64,000 nt of DNA from Marsupella aquatica (lineage: Eukaryota > Plantae > Marchantiophyta). Below are positions 22,956 to 32,583 of this stretch, piece after piece (position 1 is the first letter of the stretch; the number at the start of each line of letters is the position of its first letter). The notes beneath the pieces are model-generated. The model did not search any database and was not told the origin of the DNA. It was given only the letters and a program-made list of their open reading frames with translations. The stretch is taken from assembly GCA_973895155.1 (NCBI GenBank), contig OZ316898.1, positions 188,751 to 252,750 of the forward strand. The letters are read 5' to 3'. The position numbers and the translations under genes are program-made.

Positions 22956-25313
22956 TGTCACGCGATTGACATGGGTCTTAACACCAAAAACGTCACTATG
23001 GGTGCCAAAACCATCTCCTTGTACCTGAGGATCACGAAGGGATGTTGTGAATGCCGGTAAACACCAGTTTATGCCCTTAACACCAGACTATCATAGCAAG
23101 ACTCTATCACACATCACCCAAGCTCAATCCCAAGGAACCAAGGTTGGGGATCAGATCTGCGCTCATGATAGTTCTGGTGAGAAGGGGTCTTCATATCGGG
23201 CCCGTACACACAGGGCCTAGCGCTACGGTGCGCATAGGTCTATACATATGCTTACTGTCATAGGTATGTTTCTATTCCGCCGCCGGAATGTACCCATAAA
23301 CCAGTGACTCCTGACTGATTCCCGGCTTAGGGACTTCTAAGCCATTGCCCCACCACTCTGCCATTCCACTCTCAACAATCAGAGCTATGACAGTCCTCAC
23401 CCAGCCCGCTTCAATGCACCCGGTACACCTCTCAATGGCGCTGCTAGTTCCATCATACACTCAGATTGCCTCACACACACACACATCCATGAGAGAAATG
23501 AGGCCTGAGAGGAAAACTCAATTAGATTCAAAGATGTGCACAATAGTTCACTGAGAACACTTGATCCGAACACTAGGGCCGAAGGCTGTCTCCTCCAGAT
23601 TATGACGTGCTTGCCCTGCAAGCCCCGTGCTTGCCATGCAAGCTCAATCCTGAACTCAACCTCCTTCACTACACTTCATTCTTGGGGGCACATACAGATC
23701 TCACACCTCCAATTCAGAACGTCAAGTTACGCATGCATAGTTGACTCGACTTCAAAGCTGGTACCGGGCCTAACGGCGATCTATCCCAGACTGCAATGAG
23801 GCCCGGCCTCACGCTTGCCCTGCAAGCTCAGCTCTGGCCATAGATCCCTTAGTGCTCTCCACCAGACAAAGGCCGGGACTCCCCATGGATCACGTAGCCT
23901 TGCCAGACTGAACTGTAAATGCTCCTCCTGCTGCCCCTTAATTAGTACCTCAGCCTCCCTAATGTGCCCACCGCAAATTGAATTGAAATCCTCCCCACAG
24001 TTTACAATCACCAATACATCACCTATCACCAAGGCTCTGTATCGGGGGAAAAGAACCCAGTTGTGCTGCCCACTAGAAAGAGCCACAATCCAGCTCGCAA
24101 ACCTAGCAATCCGTTGTTGTGAAACTTGGCTGATTACTCCCTGAGTAATAGCACAACCAAGCTCTCCCCAACACGCAGCGTCCAAGTCCAGCCTTGCTTG
24201 CACAGAGCTCCTCCCCGCTACTCAGTCTAAGTGAGATCACACAACTGAAGTCCCCCCCCCTGCCTCTACCGGAGGGATGCTCTATATACTCTCTCATACT
24301 GAGCCCAAATGGGTGGATACTATGCTGCTGGAGCCCCATCCCAGCCCTAACAGAGCCGCCACTATCTCTAACTACTGAACCCTAACTCGCAACTTTATTT
24401 CTATCTCGAATTGGCTATGTACTTCGGATTCGGCCCTCCTCCATGGTTTTCGCGAGCTTGCGCCTCCTCTCCCGATTTCTCTATTTAACCATTTTCTGCG
24501 TGGATAGCAGCGTTGGAAGCGGCTTGAGCTCCTCTTTCCAACGAGGTCAATTATAGCCGATTTGATCAAATACACAGAGAGTTATGCCCCCGCAACCGAG
24601 AGGGGGTACTCACTGCTGCGCTAACCCGAGTTTGGCTAACCTAGCTATCCTATCTAACCCGAGTAGAGCTAACCCGTGGTCTCGGGTTAGGCCACTACCC
24701 GCTATCCGCTATCCGCTAACCTAGCCTAAGCTGAGCCCGAATCCGAGCTTACCTATGCTAACCTGAGGCCGCGCTGACCTGAGCTAAGCTGAAGCCGTGT
24801 TGACCTGAGCTAAGCTGAAGCCGTGCTGACCTGAGCTAAGCTGAAGCCGTTCTTACCTGAGATAAGCTGAAGCCGTGCTTACCTAAGCTAAGCTGAAGCC
24901 GTGCTGACCTGAGCTAAGCTGAAGCCGTGCTCACATAAGCTAAGCCGTGGTCGAACTTGGGTTAACCCGAAACTGAAGCCGAATCCGCTAATTCCGGCCA
25001 CAAGTTAACCCGTCACACTAATCAGGCCGTATCTTTCTTAATACACCTCCATTTCCCGAGTGTTTTATATCGATTTTACTCGCCTTGACCAGATCTTTCC
25101 AATGCTCTTTACAGATCCGGATTTGGTGACATATTGAAAGAGATATGGTCACCGACCACCTGCGACATAGCTTTTATTTCCCTACTCTTAACGCCATGAT
25201 TGCCCTTATTCTTGCCATCTTGCTAATTGTTATGCAATATCAATAGCTACTCCTTGCATACAGCAACCTACTTAATCAGATTACAAAATAAGGACCATGT
25301 CATTGGCGTCACA
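22956..25313 (-). mobile_element. Solo LTR, Ty3/gypsy family Z (2358 bp, non-coding)
   Basis: Minus strand reads TGTGACGCC...CGTGACA; TSD ACATG at 22951-22955 and 25314-25318; homologous to 37192-39365 and 52615-54444. Confidence 0.92.
24773..24948 (+). repeat. 26-bp tandem repeat, about 6.7 copies, inside LTR Z
   Basis: gctgacctgagctaagctgaagccgt units, head to tail, no spacers. Confidence 0.95.
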
Positions 25314-26001
25314 ACATGTCGTGCCGCAATGTCGTTAGTTGCGTTCCACTCTGCTGCTTAAATAATTAAAAAGAGGTTGATCATTTGGGGCAGCGTACGT
25401 ACTTCCCATGGACTTTTCATTTTCCCCAATTCAACTTTCCAACACAAGGGGTACCACTAGACCGGATTATTTTCCTATGGAGTCCAGGGCTATTATATTG
25501 AACTTCTGAATGATTGTGCCTCCTCGGAACGTCGATCCGCGTACCGATGATCTCCATGTACTAGAATTGTCAGGTATAATTGAGGGTTGGCAAGGTGTTC
25601 TATCTCTAATTCCAATTAATAATACACGGAAATTGCGTGAGTCTGTGACGCCGCCGGTACGGCGGTTAATGAGTGATTCAGTCTAACTGCGCTCAGCACG
25701 CGCGTTAGGTGGGTCTTAGGCCGCTATCATTAGCATAACGACAGTATTTAGGTAATCATTAGGGGTAGGACATCATTAGGCAATAAGGGGGACTTCAGGT
25801 TCGGGCTGGCGGCGGGTCACTATTCGCACACCCGGGTTACGAGCGTGGAGGGGCCCCTCCCTCGGGTCCGTATAACGAACTTAAGGAAGCGGCCACTGAC
25901 GCACGCTGACTCAGACCGGCGGAGTGGCCGGTACACCACAAGCGTGAGCAGTTCAACCTATGGGCGTCGAGGAGACGTCGGGGATCGACGAGCCCTTAAA
26001 G

Positions 26002-26008
26002 TATAAAA
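26002..26008 (+). promoter_or_regulatory. Candidate TATA box of the Y-LTR gene
   Basis: TATAAAA about 100 bp upstream of ATG 26110, followed by a CT-rich leader. Confidence 0.5.
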
Positions 26009-27935
26009 GGGGAGCCAACCCTTTGTAGTGCACCAGTCCATCAGTCCATGCGCCAGCTTCGACCCCAGCTCTCTCGTTCTCTCTAGGTCGCCACTACTAT
26101 CTCCTCTGAATGTCGCACACGATCCTCTCCAGCTCGGCCATTCGATTCTGGACGCAGTTCCTATCTACCGGAAGGCACTTGGCCGATTCATTGAAACACG
26201 CCAACCCGCGCCGATACGAGATCGAACGCGAATACGAGAGAGCCATCCGCCTAGCAGGACGACACCACTATGTCCTTAACTTTGACTACCCGTCTCAGAG
26301 CGAGCTTTACCGACCAGCTGAGGTATCTGGGTACTTCTTCAACGGAGACAAATATATCGGGTTCTAGGAAGCATTGCTTCGGCTTCCGGACGAGGTCTTC
26401 AATATCCCGGGTACAATCGACCTGCAGCGACATCACTTCGACCACATCCCTGCCCAGGTTCGGGCTGTCATTAACGGCGAGTCCAGTACCAACCGTTCGA
26501 CAAGGGCGTCCGCACTCGCTTCGGAGAACTTCTACCAGCACCTGCAGAGCTTCATGGGAACTCGGCCATCAACCAACATGACCAACTCAGCCGGACCCGT
26601 AACCGTACCCGTGCCCATGCAACCTCAGCCTCAACCTCAGCTTCAGCTTCAGCCTCAGCCGCAGCCTAGCCAAACCCCACCACCTATCACCCAGCCAGCA
26701 CAGGTACGCTCCATCATCAACGCTGTGGATCTTAGCGATGACGACGAGGCTACCCCACCCTTGACCAGGCGGCCCAGAGGAACAAGCGCTCGGGGGGCCG
26801 ACACTATATCGTCCCCACCCCCTGCTCTGACCCCAGGAGCGGCCCCAGCAGACAACATAGTGACCGTGGCCGCCCCGGGCCCGTTACCAACCGCAGTGGC
26901 ACTCCCCAGGCCCGATCGGGAGGATGGGGAAGTATCACCTTCCCCGAGTCAGTCACGGGGAAAGAAGAGGAAGGAATCCGCCACTGCATCCGGGTTACCG
27001 TTGGCCACGGTAGCCGTAGCCAAGGTGACGATGCATCGCATGGGGGAAAACGTTCACAGCAACATCCTCCATCCCAAGCATGCGGTGTACCTGAAGACTC
27101 AGGGATTTGAGCACCTCGCCTCTCTCCCCTGGAACACTTGCAGGTACTACGGGGAGGACATGACAGAATTCGTCAAGAATTATGACGACGTACGTCAACA
27201 GACTCGGCTGCGGGGAAGGAATATGTCCCTCACAGAAGAACGGCTCAAGATGATCTTCGGGTTACCCGAAGGTGACCATCGAGTCAAATCACGGGCTCCC
27301 GGGGGCAAGGGGGCCAAGTACCAATCTTCAAGTTTTCCCTCAGAGGGATCAGTAGACAACGGGTTCGTGATGAGGACCTGCCTCATGCCCGAGATAGCTG
27401 AGCGGCTGGAGTTCCAGAGGTACGCTCTCCACATGATGGAACCCCGGGGGGAGATCTCCGCCTCCCAGGTTATCCAGGTCGAGAACTATCGACCTAGGAA
27501 ATGGGCGTCGTACTTCGCTAAGAAATTCCATGAAGAGATGGAGCGGCGAAGGAAGACGCTGTACATTGGCGGGAAGGCGTATTTCGCTAGCCATATCGAA
27601 ATCATTCTTGAGTGGTACGCCCGGTTTGATCGACGAACCCTTCCCCGCATCAACGTTACAAAGCTGGTCCCAACTAGGTGGGTTTTTCCGGCATTGGAGA
27701 GACGGCCCCAACCCGAGGCCCGAAGTCCAGTGGGCACGCCAGCTTCACCCACCCCACCTCCACAAATAGCTGTAATCGTAACCGAGGAGGCGCCGGAGGG
27801 GTCGGTCGTCGCAACCGTTGATGCGACCCAACTAGCCGGGCTAAGTACAGAAGTTGGTACGGTAGAGGTCTTACCCGAACCCGGGTCTCCCAAGGACCCG
27901 CCGGTGGCAATTCCGGAGAACCGGACATCGCTGCA

Positions 27936-30900
27936 TGTGATGCCTAGACAGGAATCACTCGGCCGGTTAAGTGGGTAAAGCAGGAAGGCACCCTAGGAAC
28001 ACCTTAGTATAGTGACAAAACAAGGAAAATATAAACAATTAGGGGCAACCATGGAACCTGGGCAGAGGCCGGAGGTAAGGCTGAGGGTGAAAACCCGATT
28101 AGGGTTAGGGCGCGTTAAGCGTCGGCGGCTAGGAAGGATCAACGGGAAGAAGGACCGGCAGAGGAGAGGGGTAAGGAGCGCTTGCAGGAGATGGTGGCTC
28201 ATTTGCGAGCACGAACTAGGCAGACGACTACGGGAGGCCAACTACTGTCAGCTGCTTAGGCAAGCACTCGGGGAGAGAGTAGATACCGACGATCAACCTA
28301 AGGAGGGTATGAGCAACGTCAATCAAGCGGCACATTTCTGGGGATGCCTGTTCGAACGGGCAACTGAGTACATCAAGACTTACAAGGACGAGGAGTCAGA
28401 AAAGGCAGCTCGAGAATGGCAGGAGCTCGCTCGATTGTGGGAGCTGCAGAAGACGGCTTTCTTAGGAGGCGAACTCATCAAGGACGAGTTCCTGTGGACG
28501 CCTACTTCCAATCAACTCGACGATCTTCTGTTTTGCAAAGACAGTGTCGTCGGCATCCGAGAGGCCATCAAGAACTGCAACGACATACACTGGGAATTAA
28601 AGGGTAGCACGGAAAGGTGGACCCAGGCAACGGTGCTAGGAGAAACCTCCACGGCAGCAGAGATGAAGAGGAAGGGAGCCGTCAACGATGAAGCCACCCC
28701 GGCAAAAAGAACGAGGTCGGCGGCACCAAAGAAGCCAGCCGAGCAGCAGAGCAGGAGGCAGGGAGAAGCCGAAGAGGAGGAGGTCGATCCCATCAAGGCC
28801 ATTCCTACCAGGGATGACACCTGGAAGGGCTGGGCGGCAACCCTACCGGTGGAGGTGCAACTACATTTTGCACGGGAGGAGGATGCATGCTTTACGGCCA
28901 TGCAGACCAAGAAGTACCAAGGCTTCATGGCCGGATCCGGCTTGGAGGCCTTTGTAAGATTACCATGGCTGAAGCCGGAGGTACCGGAGTCAGACCTATT
29001 AGAATTCGTGGGGTCATGGGAACCCGAGACCAATTGCACGAGGATATATGGGAAGGATTTCTATCTTACTCCCAAGGTGATTGCCGAAGTGTTTGGCTTG
29101 CCGATGGGCAATAAGACCAAAGTTGATACCAGGAAGACCTTGCCTGACAAGGAGTTCCGGTCGTTCCCCGGGCCATCAACGAAGAATGGCTTCTTCCGGA
29201 ACACCTGCACCAACCCGCACATAGGAGAGATGATCGACTTCTTGCGGGTGACCATGCATTGTAACTTGCCGAGGGCAGAGATCGGCAAGGCACAGGTCTA
29301 TCTGGCAGAAAGGCCAGACCCAAGCCGGGACTACAACGGGTACCTCCTCAACCAATTGAAGAAGATCTTAAAGGAGGAGCAGCAGGTAATCGGCATGGGG
29401 AGCGTGTCGCGGCTTGGCTATCACATGCCGCTGTTGTGCCGGTATGCCAGAGGTCAGACTTTTGCCCCGGTACTTCCCCTGCAGGTAAGGGCACCCGAGG
29501 AAGCTCCAACGCCGAGGCCGTTGGCTGAGAAGCCTCAACCACCTATTAGTCCTACGATTGAGCAGGTGTTTAGGCCCAGGAAGGAAGACTTGCCGATGCA
29601 GCAACCAGGCATGCAGAGTCTGCTGAAACTACTGGAGAAAGAAAAGAAATTGGCATCGGCAACAACAACGGCAACGGCAACAATGCAGGACACTACTACA
29701 GAGGTAGGCCTACACCGGCTCACAAGAGAAAACCCCTTTGCTGGAGACAAGGAGAGAATCAGGCCGGAATCCAAGCCAGGTGTTCGAATGTACGTGGGAA
29801 CCTCAAGCTCCGAATCTGAGGCAGAATTGCCTGAAGCTCCTACCGAGGAAGAGGAGAGGGAGAAGCCGGAAATCCAAGAGGTAGAGGAGGCAGTGGAGGA
29901 CTGCAGCCATGATAATTCCGGCTATGGGTCGGACCATCACGTTCCAGGAGTAAGGACCTGTGGCCGGTTTGTCCCCACACTTCCAAGGGTAGTGCGAGGG
30001 GACCCCAACCAGCAGAGTAGCCCTGAGTCTCCCCCACCAGATGTTGCTCCCCTGAGCTTCGACGGCATAAAACAGACGGTGCAGGAATTTCAGGAGCGAA
30101 TCAAGCAGGAGGAAGAGGCCGCCCTGGCTAAGGAAAAGGATTTACCAGGAGGAGATTGGCCGGAGGACATCAGGCGGCTAGCCGAAAAAGGAAGCAAACC
30201 TCTAGCCACGATTGAAGAGATCCGCAGGACGGCTTGGGAGCAGAGGCCACGATGGGCGATGCCGATCACTTCTACTTACTCCACCTACGCTAAGAATAGA
30301 GCCATGGAGTATGGTGAGATGTGTGGGGAACTTGCGCTCGGCATCTTTGGAGAGGAGTTGGAGGTAGGACCCTTTTTCCATAGGGAGCAGTTGGAGAAGC
30401 ACCAATTAGAAGAAGCGGTGGCTTTAGAGAGAAGCAAGAAGGACGAGGTCATTCGGCGGCTTAGGAGGATGGGAGCCGAGATTGAAGATCTAAGGGCGGC
30501 CAAGAAAGCCCAAGATGAACTGCGGATTAAACGACATGAGCTGAACATCATGCAGGGGCAGTTGGACGCCGCGCAGGCTGATAATCAGAATATCAAGGAT
30601 AAACTGACTCAGACGCAGGAAGAGTTGGCCGACACGATCAAAGAAAGGGAAAAGTGGAAGCAAGAGCTGAAGAATACAGAGGAGGCCCACATAACAGCCA
30701 ACAGCCGGGCCATGGCGGAGACCCAAAGAAAGGAATGGGCGTTGAAAGGGGAGCTCGAGAAAATCCGCGGAGCCCTTGAGCAGAAGGAGGTCGAGTTAGG
30801 GAAATCCTATCAAGGGATTATGGCGCTGCAGCAGGAGCTTGCGTCCCTGACGGCCAGCTTCAAGGCCGACCTAAGGGAGAAGGACGAGATGCTCGAACAG

Positions 30901-32583
30901 ACTTACGCCAAGATGAACCAGATGGAGTCTGTCATCATTGCAGAGCTCGACAAGGAGCTAAGAGCAACCCAGGAGGAGAAGGCTACCTTGAAGAAGGAAT
31001 TGGAGGAAGCCCACAGGGAGCAGGAGGAGGCCAAAAACGAGCTGGAGGGGGCACGTAAGGACCTAGATGAAACCCAAGAGGAGTTGGAGGAAATCACGAG
31101 GAAGATGGAGAACCTACAGCGGCGGGCCGACAACCAAACAGAGCGGCTGAAGAAACAAGCCGCAGTATTTAAATGCTTAGCTGCAGCAGGTCCATCTCCT
31201 GTTGGGACAAACCAGTTACCAGGGGTGGTAATTGCCGAAGGACAAGCCGCGCCACCTGCACCAGTGCCGGAGGTAAGTGGGAAGGGGAAGGGACCAGCTG
31301 CCGAGCCACCAACGAAGAAGAAGCGGAAACCTTCAGGGTCAAGGAGTAATACGACTTCACAGGCCGTGGTGATCAAGGAGGTAGACCCAGCACCGACCCC
31401 AGACAGGGTCACGGCTAAGGATCCAACTACCCTAGGGGAAGGGGAGGCCGAAGCCGTGGGGTTGGCTGAAGCCGAAGCCGTGGGGGTGGCTGAAGCCGAA
31501 GCCGTGGGAGTTATCGAGGCTGAAGCCGAAGGTGGACCCAGTCAGGCCGATGGAGAGTTGACTCGGTCAAGGGCAGGTAATCTGTCAGTAGGCGGGCCAA
31601 CGGCAGTGGCTGAGGAGGAAGTGTTGGGGGCGTCCATTGAGGATCCACCACCGGTATCGTGACGGTGCAAGGGCGCCGTTCCTTTTAGGGAGGGCGGACG
31701 TGGAGGGAGGAGGCGTGAGTGGGCAGGGCGGGCACGGATCTCCACGTTTAGGATTAGGATCAGAACCAGGAGCGGCCCTGACACTTAGCTTAGTGGGATT
31801 GCGGTCCCACTGGTAGGAGCAACACTTGTGCTCCTGCCTTGCTGTACATAGGTAGATTCGGGCAAGTAGATTACTGTTAAGTAGATTAGGCTTACGATGC
31901 AAAGAATGGCGGATCCACTACCAGGATAAGTACCTGGGCAGCGGGGAGCTCAGGGCCTCTTCTTTAGCAAGTTTTTAGTTTGCACCAGCCGGGCTGGGAT
32001 CAAGTAGTACGAGAAGCTCTCGGTTAGTCATACAGTGACCCTTGTGTATATTCATGTTTCCTCATGCCTAAGAGCTGAATAGAGTTGGCCTCACGGCTTA
32101 GTTCGCAGAACTTGTGTATGAGATGTACTGTTTGTATGGCAAGTGCATGGTATGACTCAGTCAGAATGAGTCATTTTGCTATTTGTGTGTCGCATTAACT
32201 TGTGTGAAGAGTGCCCACATCAACAGAAGGAAGGAAAGTAAGCAGGGGAGTGAGAGTTGGATGTGTCGAGCTGAGAGAGGTCTTAGCGGCTTAACCAAGC
32301 CTATTGGGGATCATTCCGGCGGCGGAATCCAAACATACCTAACAAGACGGAGGGGAAGACAGGGGAAGACAGGGGAAGGCCTATATTAGGCCGGCTACGT
32401 ATCTCATGACCCGATGAAGGATCTGTCCAGTATATGTGTGTAAAATGTTAATAGTAGTAGTAGAAGGTTAGCAGCGTCCCATGCCGCTAAGCCGCGGAAA
32501 CGGCCTCGCCAAGCACGAAACCTGCGGGAATCGGCTTGAGCTGGGGGGTTTCTTGGGTTTAGGGAGCCATGGGACGCACCACA
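27936..32583 (+). mobile_element. Solo LTR, family X (4648 bp), protein-coding, nested in the Y-LTR gene
   Basis: TGTGATGCC...CACCACA termini; TSD CTGCA at 27931-27935 and 32584-32588; nearly identical to the 3' LTR at 54445-59095. Confidence 0.95.
28012..31662 (+). CDS. X-LTR-encoded 1216-aa protein (first ATG at 28051); plant-transposon eORF domain plus long coiled coil
   Basis: Intact ORF wholly within the LTR. Core GLEAFVRLPW..DLLEFVGSW..TRIYGKDFYLTPKVIAEVFGLP, NLS-like KKKRK, and EAEAVGxA repeats. Confidence 0.9.
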   Translation: MTKQGKYKQLGATMEPGQRPEVRLRVKTRLGLGRVKRRRLGRINGKKDRQRRGVRSACRRWWLICEHELGRRLREANYCQLLRQALGERVDTDDQPKEGMSNVNQAAHFWGCLFERATEYIKTYKDEESEKAAREWQELARLWELQKTAFLGGELIKDEFLWTPTSNQLDDLLFCKDSVVGIREAIKNCNDIHWELKGSTERWTQATVLGETSTAAEMKRKGAVNDEATPAKRTRSAAPKKPAEQQSRRQGEAEEEEVDPIKAIPTRDDTWKGWAATLPVEVQLHFAREEDACFTAMQTKKYQGFMAGSGLEAFVRLPWLKPEVPESDLLEFVGSWEPETNCTRIYGKDFYLTPKVIAEVFGLPMGNKTKVDTRKTLPDKEFRSFPGPSTKNGFFRNTCTNPHIGEMIDFLRVTMHCNLPRAEIGKAQVYLAERPDPSRDYNGYLLNQLKKILKEEQQVIGMGSVSRLGYHMPLLCRYARGQTFAPVLPLQVRAPEEAPTPRPLAEKPQPPISPTIEQVFRPRKEDLPMQQPGMQSLLKLLEKEKKLASATTTATATMQDTTTEVGLHRLTRENPFAGDKERIRPESKPGVRMYVGTSSSESEAELPEAPTEEEEREKPEIQEVEEAVEDCSHDNSGYGSDHHVPGVRTCGRFVPTLPRVVRGDPNQQSSPESPPPDVAPLSFDGIKQTVQEFQERIKQEEEAALAKEKDLPGGDWPEDIRRLAEKGSKPLATIEEIRRTAWEQRPRWAMPITSTYSTYAKNRAMEYGEMCGELALGIFGEELEVGPFFHREQLEKHQLEEAVALERSKKDEVIRRLRRMGAEIEDLRAAKKAQDELRIKRHELNIMQGQLDAAQADNQNIKDKLTQTQEELADTIKEREKWKQELKNTEEAHITANSRAMAETQRKEWALKGELEKIRGALEQKEVELGKSYQGIMALQQELASLTASFKADLREKDEMLEQTYAKMNQMESVIIAELDKELRATQEEKATLKKELEEAHREQEEAKNELEGARKDLDETQEELEEITRKMENLQRRADNQTERLKKQAAVFKCLAAAGPSPVGTNQLPGVVIAEGQAAPPAPVPEVSGKGKGPAAEPPTKKKRKPSGSRSNTTSQAVVIKEVDPAPTPDRVTAKDPTTLGEGEAEAVGLAEAEAVGVAEAEAVGVIEAEAEGGPSQADGELTRSRAGNLSVGGPTAVAEEEVLGASIEDPPPVS

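Noticed and set aside
23272-24575. Small ORFs recurring in all three Z copies
   Set aside because: Recurrence reflects nucleotide identity; stops and frameshifts differ between copies and no domain was recognised
24773-24948. Possible CRISPR array
   Set aside because: Head-to-tail 26-bp units with no unique spacers, inside a eukaryotic LTR, no cas genes
22956-25017. Z LTR ending at GTCACA 25017
   Set aside because: No TSD there; ACATG matches at 25314-25318
28012-31662. Envelope gene
   Set aside because: No signal peptide or transmembrane stretch visible; highly charged with NLS-like motifs
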